Origin: Cyanobacteria bacterium J06626_4
GTDB lineage: Bacteria; Cyanobacteriota; Cyanobacteriia; Phormidesmidales; Phormidesmidaceae
Assembly: GCA_038523235.1 (NCBI GenBank)
Contig: JBCBJQ010000019.1
Coordinates: 1 to 64,000, forward strand
DNA length: 64,000 nt
Direction of reading: 5' to 3'
Shown here: one piece after another, positions 31,670 to 42,457 of the stretch
How the letters are laid out: each line of letters opens with the position of its first letter
How positions within the stretch are numbered: position 1 is the stretch's first letter
Notes under the pieces: model-generated
Seen by the model: the letters and a program-made list of their open reading frames with translations, nothing else
Told to the model about the DNA's origin: nothing
Database searches by the model: none
Translations under genes and position numbers: made by a program

Positions 31670-32470
31670 ATGCTCCCCACCCTGACCCCCACTGAATGCG
31701 ATCGCTACCGCCGCCAAATGATGCTGCCCGGTTTGGGTGAAACTGGCCAGCGACAGCTGAAAAACACGACCGCTCTGGTCACTGGGGTCGGGGGGCTCGG
31801 GGGCACGGCGGCGCTTTATCTGGCCGTCGCGGGGGTGGGTAAATTGATTCTCGTGCGGGGCGGGGATCTGCAGCGCGATGATCTCAACCGCCAGGTGTTG
31901 ATGACCGATGACTGGGTGGGCCAGCCCCGTGTCTTTAAGGCTCAGGCCACGCTGCAGGCGTTAAACCCCGATATTGAAATCGAGGCGGTGTGCGAATACG
32001 TCGATGCTGACAACATCGACGCCCTCGTACAGCGAGCTGATATTGCCCTCGACTGCGCCTTTGATTTCAAAGAACGGGATCTGCTGAATGCGGCCTGTGT
32101 GCGCTGGGGCAAACCGATGGTAGAGGCCGCCATGAACAGCATGGAAGCCTATCTCACCACTATCGTGCCGGGGCAAACCCCCTGCCTCTCCTGCCTGTTC
32201 CCCGAAAAGCCCCAATGGGATCGCTGGGGTTTTGGGGTCTTAGGTGCGGTGTCGGGGACCCTGGCCTGCCTCGCTGCCCTAGAGGCGGTCAAGCTGCTGA
32301 CTGGCCTAGGGGAACCGCTGACGGGGCAACTGCTCACGATGGATTTGGCCCGCGCCGAATTCGCTAAGCGGCGACCCTACCACGATCCCAACTGTGTAGT
32401 GTGCGGCCCGCTATCACGTGAACGGCTGTCCGATCGCCCGACCGAAGTCACCCCAATTGCGCTCTGTTGA
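31670..32470 (+). CDS. hesA: HesA (MoeB/ThiF family)
   Basis: RYRRQMML, GVGGLGG, PCLSCLFP, CVVC; follows nifW. Confidence 0.94.
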   Translation: MLPTLTPTECDRYRRQMMLPGLGETGQRQLKNTTALVTGVGGLGGTAALYLAVAGVGKLILVRGGDLQRDDLNRQVLMTDDWVGQPRVFKAQATLQALNPDIEIEAVCEYVDADNIDALVQRADIALDCAFDFKERDLLNAACVRWGKPMVEAAMNSMEAYLTTIVPGQTPCLSCLFPEKPQWDRWGFGVLGAVSGTLACLAALEAVKLLTGLGEPLTGQLLTMDLARAEFAKRRPYHDPNCVVCGPLSRERLSDRPTEVTPIALC

Positions 32471-32486
32471 GTTTGCCTGTTGTCCT

Positions 32487-32786
32487 ATGACCTGGATTGC
32501 CCTGTGTTTGTTTGGTCTGGCGGTTATCCTCTGGCGTCAGAGTCATCCCCAAACCGATGAAGTCCATAAACTGCTGTACCTCACGACAGCCCTGCTCAGC
32601 CTCATGGTGGGCCTGGCGATCGCCCCGCTGCTGCTCAAAATTTTGAGCCTGGCCACCTTGCTGGCCTATCCCGTTTGCACCAGCAATGATCGAGTGTTGA
32701 AGCCGAGTTGTTCTCGCTTCTGCCTATTGCGCCATCAGTGCAAACCCCCGCGCCAAATGATCCCGTTACCGTTCTCCCTGCGCTAG
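32487..32786 (+). CDS. Small membrane protein with a Cys-rich C-terminus
   Basis: Two or three hydrophobic segments, then PVC...PSCSRFCLLRHQC; 16 bp after hesA. Confidence 0.6.
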   Translation: MTWIALCLFGLAVILWRQSHPQTDEVHKLLYLTTALLSLMVGLAIAPLLLKILSLATLLAYPVCTSNDRVLKPSCSRFCLLRHQCKPPRQMIPLPFSLR

Positions 32787-32850
32787 CCCTTGAGCGCAGT
32801 CCCGTCTGTTTTGATTGTCCTGATTCCAGTTATCTCAAAAGGAGACTCCC

Positions 32851-33222
32851 ATGGCCGTCACCCTCACCGAACTCGCTGAACTGCGTCTCCGCACCTTTGT
32901 GCGCGGTACGCCTGATTACACCCCCGAGCGCGGCATTCGCCTCGCCGTGAAAGATGGCGGCTGCAACGGCTATGAATACGACATTAAAGTCGCTAATGCC
33001 CCCCACAGTGACGACGAAATCGTCAACTCTGGCACGCTCAAGGTGTTTATCGATCCCAAAAGCGCGCCGCTGCTCGACGGGGTGGTGGTGGACTACATCG
33101 ATAGCCTGCTCGAAAGCGGCTTTAAATTCACTAACCCCAACGCGGCTGATACCTGCGGTTGTGGCAAATCCTTCCAAGCGGCAGGTGATTGCAGCACCCC
33201 GGCTGGCGTGCCCTGCTCCTAA
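32851..33222 (+). CDS. hesB: HesB/IscA Fe-S carrier
   Basis: GGCNGYEY and [14 protein letters not shown]. Confidence 0.95.
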   Translation: MAVTLTELAELRLRTFVRGTPDYTPERGIRLAVKDGGCNGYEYDIKVANAPHSDDEIVNSGTLKVFIDPKSAPLLDGVVVDYIDSLLESGFKFTNPNAADTCGCGKSFQAAGDCSTPAGVPCS

Positions 33223-33326
33223 GCTCGGCCACGACGAGCGTTGAGCCAGCATTGACCCTCACTGCAAACGGGCCTCCGCTCCTCTCTTTTTCCGTCTTGC
33301 TACTCCCCTCCCCCCGGAGAAATTCC

Positions 33327-33626
33327 ATGACAACTTACCAAGTCCGTCTGATCAACAAAAAGCGGCAAATCGACGTGACGATTCCCGTCGATGAAGACAC
33401 CTACATCCTTGATGCCGCTGAAGAACAGGATCTTGATCTGCCATTTTCCTGCCGGGCTGGCGCTTGCTCTAGCTGTGTCGGCAAAGTCGTCGAAGGCGAG
33501 GTCGATCAAGAAGACCAGTCGTTCCTTGATGACGCCCAAATTGAGAAAGGCAACGTTTTGCTCTGTGTTGCCTATCCGCGCTCTGATCTGACCATCAAGA
33601 CCCATATGGAAGCGTATTTGGTCTAA
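33327..33626 (+). CDS. fdxH: nif-type [2Fe-2S] ferredoxin
   Basis: [44 protein letters not shown]. Confidence 0.92.
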   Translation: MTTYQVRLINKKRQIDVTIPVDEDTYILDAAEEQDLDLPFSCRAGACSSCVGKVVEGEVDQEDQSFLDDAQIEKGNVLLCVAYPRSDLTIKTHMEAYLV

Positions 33627-33744
33627 ACGGCGCTGGCGGGCTAGGGCATCTCTCCTCTGCCTTTTGCCCTGGCCCTGGCGATGCGCCTGTGCCCTCGCTT
33701 CAACCAGCTTGTCTCAATCTTGCACCCCAATAAGGAGTCGAACC

Positions 33745-34275
33745 ATGGCAAAAATTGGACTGTTTTACGGCAGCACCTCTGGTGTCACTGAAGAAATTGC
33801 CGAAAAGATACAGGAAGCGATCGGTGAAGACGTCTGCGACGTTTACAGCATGGAAGAAGATTTTGACGACGTTGACGATTTGCTGAAGTACGACTACTTG
33901 CTGCTTGGCTGCTCGACTTGGGGCGCGGGCGAAGTGCAAAACGACTGGCGCGAACCGCTGTTCGATATCGAGGTCGATAAGCCCGACTTTTCGGGCAAAA
34001 CGATCGCCCTCTTTGGCCCCGGCGATTGCCAAGGTCATAGCAAGCACTTTGTCGGTGCCCTCGGCACGCTGTATGAGCAATTTAAAGCCGTCGGCGCGAA
34101 GCTGGTGGGTGCAGTCTCAGCGGCTGACTATGAGTTTGAAAAGTCAACGGCGATTCGCGATGATAAGTTTGTGGGCCTCCCCCTCGATGAGGTCAACGAA
34201 AGTGAAAAAACCGACCAGCGCATTGCTGATTGGCTAGAACTGCTCAAGGCCGATTTTCCGATTCCGGCAACCTGA
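33745..34275 (+). CDS. Long-chain flavodoxin (NifF-like)
   Basis: KIGLFYGSTSGVT, GCSTWGAGE, FVGLPLDEVNE; AAGGAG RBS. Confidence 0.92.
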   Translation: MAKIGLFYGSTSGVTEEIAEKIQEAIGEDVCDVYSMEEDFDDVDDLLKYDYLLLGCSTWGAGEVQNDWREPLFDIEVDKPDFSGKTIALFGPGDCQGHSKHFVGALGTLYEQFKAVGAKLVGAVSAADYEFEKSTAIRDDKFVGLPLDEVNESEKTDQRIADWLELLKADFPIPAT

Positions 34276-34533
34276 CCGGGCTGATCTGAGTCCCGGCGTG
34301 TCCCCTGTCTGCCCCGGTGGTTTGATCCGCCCCGGCAGGCGGGGGCTCGCCGCCCCTCGCAGGCTCTCTCGGATTGATAGATAGGTAGGTCGGCATTGAC
34401 TGCGATAGCGGTGGTGCCTCAACCTCAGTCTGGGCTTCATCGCTGCCTCCCTTGAGAGACGGTCACTGGATACGTGGTCGTCTCTTAGGACTACTCACCT
34501 CACGGCAGGACGAGCAAGCTCGTTGACACGATA

Positions 34534-35205
34534 ATGTCTGATTTTTTGAAGCGATGGCCTCTCCCCACAGCTTCCGCCACACCCGCGGATGCCGCCCATT
34601 TTCAGCGCCGCTGGACCGACTACTATCAGGCTGTTAAGGGGCGTCCCCCGCGTGCCACCTTGGTGACCGCCCTCGATCATTTCGACTCAGCGGCGACGAC
34701 CGCTCGCACGGTGTTGGGCAATGCCATTGACCTGGGCTGCGGCGATGGCCGCGACACAGTAGAACTGCTGCGGCGTAACTGGCGGGTGTTGGCGATTGAT
34801 GGTGAGCCGGAAGCGATCGCTCAGCTGCGCCAACGCCCCGACATCGATCGCACCTATTTAGAAACGCGGGTGCAAAAATTTGAGGACATTGTGCTGCCGC
34901 CCGATGTTGACTTGATCAATGCCAGCTTCTGTCTACCCTTTTGTGCGCCCGATCAGTTCGGTGAACTCTGGGAAGAAATTGTGCTGGCCCTCAAGGGCGG
35001 CGGTCGATTTTGCGGTCATCTCTTTGGCGATCGCGATTCTTGGGCAACCTATGGCGACATCACCTCCCACACGCGATCGCAGGTGGAAACCTTATTGCAG
35101 CCCTTCACCATTGAACTGCTAGATGAGGAAGATCACCCCGGCAAAACCGCTCTGGGTGATGAAAAGCACTGGCATCTGTTCAACATCGTGGCTCGCAAGC
35201 GTTAG
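34534..35205 (+). CDS. Class I SAM-dependent methyltransferase
   Basis: AIDLGCGDGRD motif I. Confidence 0.88.
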   Translation: MSDFLKRWPLPTASATPADAAHFQRRWTDYYQAVKGRPPRATLVTALDHFDSAATTARTVLGNAIDLGCGDGRDTVELLRRNWRVLAIDGEPEAIAQLRQRPDIDRTYLETRVQKFEDIVLPPDVDLINASFCLPFCAPDQFGELWEEIVLALKGGGRFCGHLFGDRDSWATYGDITSHTRSQVETLLQPFTIELLDEEDHPGKTALGDEKHWHLFNIVARKR

Positions 35206-35571
35206 CGGGCTGAGAGAGCATCCCAATTTGATATTTTTAGTTCTGATTGCGGGCAAGATGTCCGTCCTAAACGCATGGATGGATTGGCAAATCTGGGAGG
35301 TGCCCGAGCTTAGGTCAACCGGCAGTAGTGGGATAACGATTGCTTGAACTTGAATACTCCAATGCCCAAAGTCTCTATGTCTAAATCAAGGCAGGTCCAG
35401 GAAAGGCAGCGGTATCCGACATAAAAGTCTTGCAAAATGCTTTAGAGGCAATTGGTGAAACAGTTGCAGAGATGCGATCGCCCGGCAAAATCTGTCCCCT
35501 GATCAGCCAACTGGAGAAGAGACGCGGTAAGATCTGAAACCGCTGGTATTTCGCTCAGGTTACCGTTCGCT

Positions 35572-36927
35572 ATGTCTACTGCTGCTCGCCGCTATCACGT
35601 CACGACCTTTGGCTGCCAGATGAACAAAGCTGACTCTGAGCGCATGTCTGGCATTTTAGAAACCATGGGCATGACCTGGGAAGCCGACCCGCTCCAGGCT
35701 GATGTCGTGCTATACAACACCTGCACCATTCGCGACAACGCCGAACAAAAGGTGTATTCCTACCTGGGGCGACAGGCCAAACGCAAGCAGCAAGACCCTA
35801 ATCTGATGCTGATTGTGGCGGGCTGTGTCGCTCAACAAGAAGGAGAAGCGCTGCTGCGTCGAGTCCCTGAACTCGACTTGGTGATGGGGCCACAGCATGC
35901 CAACCGTTTAGAAGATTTGCTGACGCAGGCGATGGCCGGGAGTCAGGTCGTCGCGACCGAAGCCGTCCACATTATGGAAGACATCACTCAACCCCGCCGC
36001 GATAGCGACGTCACCGCTTGGGTAAATGTGATCTACGGCTGCAATGAGCGCTGCACCTATTGCGTGGTGCCGGGCGTGCGCGGGGTGGAGCAATCACGCA
36101 CCCCGGAAGCGATTCGGGCGGAGATGGAAACGCTGGCGAGCCAAGGCTTCAAAGAGGTCACCCTGCTAGGTCAAAACATTGATGCCTATGGCCGTGACCT
36201 GCCCGGCATCACCGCTGAGGGCCGGCGGCAAAATACACTCACCGATCTGCTCTACTTCGTTCACGACATTCCGGGCATTGAACGGATTCGCTTTGCCACC
36301 AGCCACCCCCGCTACTTTACGGAGCGGCTGATTCAGGCCTGTGCCGAGCTGCCCAAGGTCTGCGAGCATTTTCATATCCCCTTTCAGTCGGGCGACAATG
36401 ACCTGCTCAAGGCCATGGCGCGGGGCTATACCCACGAAAAATACCGCCGCATTATCGAGACCATTCGCCGCTATATGCCCGATGCCTCGATCAGCGCCGA
36501 TGCGATCGTCGGCTTTCCCGGTGAAACCGAAGAACAGTTTCAAAACACGCTGACGCTGGTGCAGGATCTGGAGTTTGACTTGATCAACACCGCGGCCTAT
36601 TCACCGCGCCCGAATACCCCTGCGGCCCTGTGGGACAATCAGCTCAGTGAAACCGAGAAAAGCGATCGCCTGCAGCGGATCAACCATCTCGTCAATCAAA
36701 AAGCCGCCGAGCGATCGCAGCGCTATGCGGGTCGGGTCGAGGAGATCTTGGTCGAAGCCGTCAATCCTCGCGATCCGTCTCAGGTGATGGGCCGCACGCG
36801 GGGCAATCGTCTCACCTTTTTTGCCGGTGACATTGCTGACCTCAAGGGCCAGCTAGTCAACGTGCGCATCACGGAAATCCGTGCCTTTAGCCTGACTGGG
36901 GAGCAGCTAACGCCAGTTCCCGCCTAA
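35572..36927 (+). CDS. miaB: tRNA methylthiotransferase
   Basis: [28 protein letters not shown]-terminal TRAM domain. Confidence 0.96.
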   Translation: MSTAARRYHVTTFGCQMNKADSERMSGILETMGMTWEADPLQADVVLYNTCTIRDNAEQKVYSYLGRQAKRKQQDPNLMLIVAGCVAQQEGEALLRRVPELDLVMGPQHANRLEDLLTQAMAGSQVVATEAVHIMEDITQPRRDSDVTAWVNVIYGCNERCTYCVVPGVRGVEQSRTPEAIRAEMETLASQGFKEVTLLGQNIDAYGRDLPGITAEGRRQNTLTDLLYFVHDIPGIERIRFATSHPRYFTERLIQACAELPKVCEHFHIPFQSGDNDLLKAMARGYTHEKYRRIIETIRRYMPDASISADAIVGFPGETEEQFQNTLTLVQDLEFDLINTAAYSPRPNTPAALWDNQLSETEKSDRLQRINHLVNQKAAERSQRYAGRVEEILVEAVNPRDPSQVMGRTRGNRLTFFAGDIADLKGQLVNVRITEIRAFSLTGEQLTPVPA

Positions 36928-37146
36928 CAGATTTACTCATGATCCCTGTCTGCGATGCCATCAGTTCGAGGTAAAGCGGGCGATGGCTGGATACGGTGTG
37001 AATCTGTGACGATCGCAGCCAAGTCCATCGCTGGATCAGTATGCTAGAGACCGACGCTAACCCCTTTGGGCGATGCTTTCATCTGCGGAGCATCTGAAAC
37101 GACCAATCAGAGAGTTGCGTCAGCAGCGGTTCAGGGGAAATATTTC

Positions 37147-37413
37147 ATGCCGTGGTTCGTCAAAATTGAACGAGGCATCATTGAGAAAGCCACCTTTGAT
37201 CAATACGTGCCCGACCATGTGACCTATGTGAAATCACTCATCGCTGACGGTCACCAGGCGCGCACGGGCTATTGGGCCGAGCGGGGTGGCGGCATGCTGA
37301 TCTTTGAGGCAGCAGATTTGGCAGCGGCTCAAGCCATTGTGCAGGCCGACCCGCTGATCGCTCACGGCTGCGTTGAGTACGAACTGCACGAATGGTGCAT
37401 TGTGGTGGAGTAA
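37147..37413 (+). CDS. YciI-family protein
   Basis: MPWFVKIE...H..Y...GGGMLIF...DPLI. Confidence 0.88.
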   Translation: MPWFVKIERGIIEKATFDQYVPDHVTYVKSLIADGHQARTGYWAERGGGMLIFEAADLAAAQAIVQADPLIAHGCVEYELHEWCIVVE

Positions 37414-37422
37414 GAGAAGGAT

Positions 37423-37893
37423 ATGGCAGATTCGAGTGACGGCTACAAAATCCTGAGTGACAACCGTCAAGCCCGCTTTCAGTACGAAATTCTCGAAACG
37501 TTCGAGGCGGGTCTAGAGCTTAAAGGCACTGAGGTTAAATCAATTCGGGCGGGCAAAGCGAATTTGAGAGACGGCTTTGCGCAAGTGCGCGGCAATGAAG
37601 CCTGGCTGCACAATGTGCATATTTCGCCCCATAACACCACGATTCAGCAGTACAATCACGACCCGCGTCGAGTCCGCAAGCTGCTGTTGCATAAGGGTGA
37701 AATTCGTAAGCTGATTGGTCAGGTCGAGCAAAAAGGTCTGACTTTGGTGCCGCTCAAAATCTATCTGACCCGCGGTTGGGTCAAAGTGACGATCGCTCTG
37801 GCAAAAGGCAAAAAGCTGCACGACAAGCGCGATTCGCTGAAGCGTAAGCAAGAGAAACGCGAAGTGGAACGGGCACTCAAAAGCCGCGACTAA
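37423..37893 (+). CDS. smpB: SsrA-binding protein
   Basis: [33 protein letters not shown]. Confidence 0.98.
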   Translation: MADSSDGYKILSDNRQARFQYEILETFEAGLELKGTEVKSIRAGKANLRDGFAQVRGNEAWLHNVHISPHNTTIQQYNHDPRRVRKLLLHKGEIRKLIGQVEQKGLTLVPLKIYLTRGWVKVTIALAKGKKLHDKRDSLKRKQEKREVERALKSRD

Positions 37894-37899
37894 GGGATC

Positions 37900-38928
37900 T
37901 CATCGGTAGGGTGGCTTTTGAATCGTGAAAGAATCGAAAGAGGGGGGCGGTGCCTGAGCTGTGGCCTGGCGCGATCGCGACTGTGGAAAATAGCGATGCA
38001 CCAACTTGTTGTACTGTCCGCCTAGCAGCAGGCCCATCGTGCAGCAATACAGCACCAGCTGACTCAACAGAACCACACTCATCATGCTGTAGAGCCAGTG
38101 GTGATTCATCACGCTACCCAGCTGCAGCCTAAACATCCCCGCCGTCAACAGCCAAATACCCGTGGCAAAAACCGTCCCCGGTAAGATCGGTGTCGCTCGG
38201 GCAGAGGACTTTTGACTCGTGCGATAGAGCAGCCCAAACACCAAGGCAGTGGTGGAGGCGGCCAAACACCACCGCAAGACTTGCGCAAACAGATGCTGCA
38301 CAAAATTAAAGAGGGGAGACTCAGTCGCCCCTTGCAGGCTAACGGGCATGGCCATCAAGACGCAGCCTAAAGCCAACAGCGTCAGACCGGCGCTCACTCC
38401 GGCCACCAATACCGTGGTGAGTCGCTGTCGCAGCGATGGCACCAAATGCGAAGCCAAATCACCATCAGAGCGGATGATTTGCTGCGCTAGCCCCACGACT
38501 TTGAGCCACAGGCTCAGGCCCAAACTGGCAGCCACAATCAACAATCCCCAGCGATGCCAGAGCTGCCATGCCGTTTGGGTTTGCGTGATTAGTGTGGTGA
38601 TGGTGGGGGCGAGGTCAGGCAACCATTGGTTCAGCCCCACTGTGATAAACAGACTCACGCTCTCGTTGAGGGTCGCCGCTGCGAGCACCGCCAAACCGCC
38701 AAACAACCAACAGCAGGCAATGCCGTAGGCGATCGCGGCCCCTTTTAACCAGTAGCGATGCCGCGCCGCCTGCAGCAGCAAGGCCCGCCACAGCAAAAGA
38801 TTTAAGTAGCTACCGGCGGTACGTTTGACCGGTGGCGGCGGCGTAGTCGCCGGTGGCAGCTGATAGGTCGTGGCGGGCGGTGGCTCTGGCGGCTGTGAAG
38901 AAAACTGACGGGAGGGAGGCAGAGACAT
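37900..38928 (-). CDS. YihY/BrkB-like membrane protein
   Basis: Several TM segments; AAIAY, LLYR and PGTVFAT..W pattern. Confidence 0.7.
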   Translation of the reverse strand: MSLPPSRQFSSQPPEPPPATTYQLPPATTPPPPVKRTAGSYLNLLLWRALLLQAARHRYWLKGAAIAYGIACCWLFGGLAVLAAATLNESVSLFITVGLNQWLPDLAPTITTLITQTQTAWQLWHRWGLLIVAASLGLSLWLKVVGLAQQIIRSDGDLASHLVPSLRQRLTTVLVAGVSAGLTLLALGCVLMAMPVSLQGATESPLFNFVQHLFAQVLRWCLAASTTALVFGLLYRTSQKSSARATPILPGTVFATGIWLLTAGMFRLQLGSVMNHHWLYSMMSVVLLSQLVLYCCTMGLLLGGQYNKLVHRYFPQSRSRQATAQAPPPSFDSFTIQKPPYR

Positions 38929-39352
38929 GGCAACCGAGCTGAGCAGGTTTGTCGCAGGATAATTGTGCAGGCTGACTAAGCAGCACTGACGTTAGCCGTC
39001 ATTATGCAACGACAGACAGAAACGTGCCTGGGTAGAGTGGGTATTCGTTCTCACTGCGACAGATTTTTAACATGGGGGATGGGGCATCAACAGACCGCCC
39101 AAAAGCCGAGAACCAACTTAATTGAATCAGGCCGACCCCGAACCCCTAAATAAACTCAGGCAGAAAAAAGCGCAACTTCCGCAGATTATCAGGGAATTCT
39201 GCGCCATAGGTTGTAAAAAGGAACGTTGAGTCAGCCGATTAGGAGATTCTCATTCTCCTGATGAGTGGGGCTGGTTTAATGGTTGGAGATTTTGTGGTTT
39301 CCGGGTTCCTACCGGTTGATGATGTTGATTGGGCACATAGAGGCGCTCTGGT

Positions 39353-41434
39353 ATGAGTAAGTTTGCAAAATTTGTGGTGTGGTTGGGAGTCGGTGTCTGC
39401 ACGAGCGTATTGCTGGTTGGTGCGCCCGCCCTGTTTAAGGTGGGGCAGGGGGCGATCGCGACCCCGCAGCGCCTAACGGCAACGGTGCCGGCTGCAGCGA
39501 TCGCCCAACAAACGGGGGATCTTGGCATTCCTCAAGACTTTGAACCGGCAGCTCCGGGGAATTTTCCTTCCCGCGATCTTCGCTTCCAGTCTGAAGATCC
39601 GGCCGACCAAATTGCCCCGCCGGGCCTGCTGGTGCGTCCCGGTGATGCGCCCATTTCGCATTTCTTTGGCCTGCGCATGCAAAAGGAATTGGATAGCCTG
39701 GTAGGCCGATTTGAAAGTGCCCTCTTTTTAGCCAGCGCGGCCGATCAGCCCACTCAAGTACAGCTGCCTACCGTCAACGCTGCCGTCACCACTAGCGAAG
39801 ACAAATCTTTGGTCGCCAGTAGTGGTGGGGCCACCTCACCCGTGTTACAAGAAGCCCGACAGCTTCGACAAGACTGGCCCGGACTCCTCGAAAATCAGGC
39901 CTATGGTGAAGCCCGCACGCGGTGGCTGCAGGTGCGCGAAAACCTCTGGGCAAATTTTCCCCTCGATCGACCCTTCGCGCAGCCCGAGATTCGGTCCATG
40001 TGGCTCGATCGCGGCAGCATTGTGCGGGCCGGTTCACGCCCGCAATTGGCAGCACTGTTCGACAACATGCAGGCGTCGGGCATCAACACTGTCTTTTTTG
40101 AAACCGTAAATGCGGGCTACCCCATCTATCGCAGCCGCGTGGCCCCGCAGCAAAATCCGCTGACGGAGGGGTGGGATCCCCTGGCCGATGCGGTCGAACT
40201 GGCTCACGATCGCGGCATGGAACTACACGCCTGGATTTGGGTGTTTGCGGCGGGCAATCAGCGCCACAACGCCATTATGAACAAGTCCGATGACTTTCTT
40301 GGGCCGTCGTTGGCGGGTAATCCAGACTGGGTGGGCTACGACCAAGATGGTCGGCCAATTCCGCTGGGGCAGACCAAGGCGTTTTATGACCCCGCTAACC
40401 CCGAAGTGCGCGAATATTTGCTGCAGCTCGTTGATGAAATCATCAGCGATTACGATGTCGATGGCTTGCAGCTCGATTACATTCGCTATCCCTTTCAAGA
40501 TCCGTCGGCAGAACGCAGCTACGGCTACGGCATTGCGGCCCGGCGCGAGTTTCGCCGCCAAACCGGCGTTGACCCGATTAACCTAACGCCGACGACCGAT
40601 GCTTGGGCCCCTCGGGCTGAGCGCGAACGCCAGCGATCGCTCTGGGAAGCCTGGAATGCCTTCCGGATCGAACAGGTAACCAGCTTTGTCGCCGAAACCT
40701 CGCAGCTGGTGCGCAGCAAACGCCCCGACGTGATTCTCTCGGCGGCTGTCTTTGCCATGCCCGAGCGCGAGCGACTACAAAAAATTCAGCAGGATTGGAC
40801 GGCCTGGGCCCAAGACGGCCTGGTTGATTGGATTGTGCTGATGAGCTACGCCCAAGACGCCAATCGGTTTGCGGAAATGATCAATCCCTGGGTCGTGGAG
40901 CAAGACTACGGCTCGACCCTGGTGATTCCTGGCATGCGCTTGTTGGGCATGCCGGTGCCGGTCATGATTGACCAGTTGCAGACCCTGAGAGATATGCCCG
41001 CCACCGGCTATGCTCTGTTTGCCACCGACAACCTAGACAGTCGTATTCAAACGGTGCTCAACCAGACCCAAGGCAGCCATCACAACGCGGTGCCCCAAAC
41101 TAATGCCTACGCGACCGCTGCAGCGCGTTTTGCTGCCCTGCAACAAGAGTGGAACTGGCTCTTGGCCAATGGTCAAATGACCCTCCAGCCGCGACTCGCT
41201 GATCGCTGGCTCGCCGACGTCAATACGGTGGGAGCCAGTTTGGCGACGCTGGCGAATGATCCGGCATTGGCCTCATCTGCTGTGCAGGCCCAGGTCAGCG
41301 ACCTCCAGCGAAATGTTGGGGTTGGCGTTGAGCTAGAAACTGCGACCTCTACTGACTATCGGTTTACGACCTGGAAGAACCGCTTAGAAGCAATCAATCG
41401 CTTTTTGGTCTACGGTGACGCGAAGCGGAGCTAG
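39353..41434 (+). CDS. Glycoside hydrolase family 10-like (DUF187/GHL10) protein
   Basis: EIRSMWLDRG, WDPLADAVELAHDRGMELHAW, DGLQLDYIRYP; N-terminal signal. Confidence 0.9.
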   Translation: MSKFAKFVVWLGVGVCTSVLLVGAPALFKVGQGAIATPQRLTATVPAAAIAQQTGDLGIPQDFEPAAPGNFPSRDLRFQSEDPADQIAPPGLLVRPGDAPISHFFGLRMQKELDSLVGRFESALFLASAADQPTQVQLPTVNAAVTTSEDKSLVASSGGATSPVLQEARQLRQDWPGLLENQAYGEARTRWLQVRENLWANFPLDRPFAQPEIRSMWLDRGSIVRAGSRPQLAALFDNMQASGINTVFFETVNAGYPIYRSRVAPQQNPLTEGWDPLADAVELAHDRGMELHAWIWVFAAGNQRHNAIMNKSDDFLGPSLAGNPDWVGYDQDGRPIPLGQTKAFYDPANPEVREYLLQLVDEIISDYDVDGLQLDYIRYPFQDPSAERSYGYGIAARREFRRQTGVDPINLTPTTDAWAPRAERERQRSLWEAWNAFRIEQVTSFVAETSQLVRSKRPDVILSAAVFAMPERERLQKIQQDWTAWAQDGLVDWIVLMSYAQDANRFAEMINPWVVEQDYGSTLVIPGMRLLGMPVPVMIDQLQTLRDMPATGYALFATDNLDSRIQTVLNQTQGSHHNAVPQTNAYATAAARFAALQQEWNWLLANGQMTLQPRLADRWLADVNTVGASLATLANDPALASSAVQAQVSDLQRNVGVGVELETATSTDYRFTTWKNRLEAINRFLVYGDAKRS

Positions 41435-41676
41435 TCGGTGATCGCGGGCGTTAGTTAAGGGGCCGCACTGCCGCACTCGTCGACAGCCACTGAAAGGGCC
41501 GATGAAGGCCGATGTGGACGCTCCTATCAAGTAGCGATATGGTTCTAGCGTGCTGCCATCGGTGCAGGGTCTCGGCCTGGCGGGGGGCACCAGCTTGCGG
41601 GGAGATCTGCCAGGGTTATGGTGGACCCGATATACTGTGCTGGCCACTTTGCTCATCCCCAATTCGGCAAAGTATG

Positions 41677-41776
41677 GCGAGCCGCAGTCAGGTTTGGACA
41701 CTTTCTAATTGCCGGCTCACTGGCGGCAAGGTTCTTCCCTGTACCTTGAACCCTGAACCTTTCTACCCTCTGCTAT
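41677..41776 (+). repeat. Degenerate dispersed repeat, copy A
   Basis: Aligns with 44749-44834 and ends in the identical 20-mer acctttctaccctctgctat. Confidence 0.75.
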
Positions 41777-42457
41777 AGCGCTATCGATCACCCTAGCCAT
41801 TCGCCGGGCACTCCAAACTGAGAGAACTGCTATTGGGACATCTCGGAGCGCTTTTAATCCTTCGTGCATCAGCAAAGTGGCTCTGCAGTCTCGTTCTGAA
41901 CCAGACTGGCGACTACGATACATTTGAGCCGACCTGAGGGAGTTGCTTAAAAATCGCCTCTCCAATTGCTGGGATTTGACACCTGCAGCAGAGTTCGGCC
42001 TGCAGCGGTCGGAATCCTCTGCAGGAAGGGCAAGCCGTCGACTAGTTTCAAAGTGATGATCCGCGACTAAATCCCGTCGCCAGAGCCAGGGGTGAGTGCG
42101 GTGTTGCAATCGACTGAAAATGACTGAGTGGGCGACCAAAATCATTGCCTCCGAGGATTAGACAACCGCAAGGTTACTGATTTCTAAGTTTTGCAACGCC
42201 CACCGCCCATCAAGCGGGAAACTGCTTTCTAGGCTCGAAAGCTTTAGAGACGCATGCGTTAGGGTATCTGTTAAGGATGTGGTCCCCCGGTGCGATCGCG
42301 CTTCGCGTTTCGGGAAATATACTGAGGACAGCGTCCAGTTTGTTAACTGGCCTCCAGCATCTTTTAGGTAAACGTCGGCATCGGGGTTGAAGCATTTACA
42401 TAGACTCTCGAAAACCATCCAAAAGGTGAGCGGTTTGTTGCCCTCGCCTTCTTGCTC

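Noticed and set aside
41435..42457. ORFs 41717..42145 and 42158..42493 upstream of the cyclase-kinase gene
   Set aside because: No motifs and an atypical composition. More likely repeat remnant plus promoter DNA.
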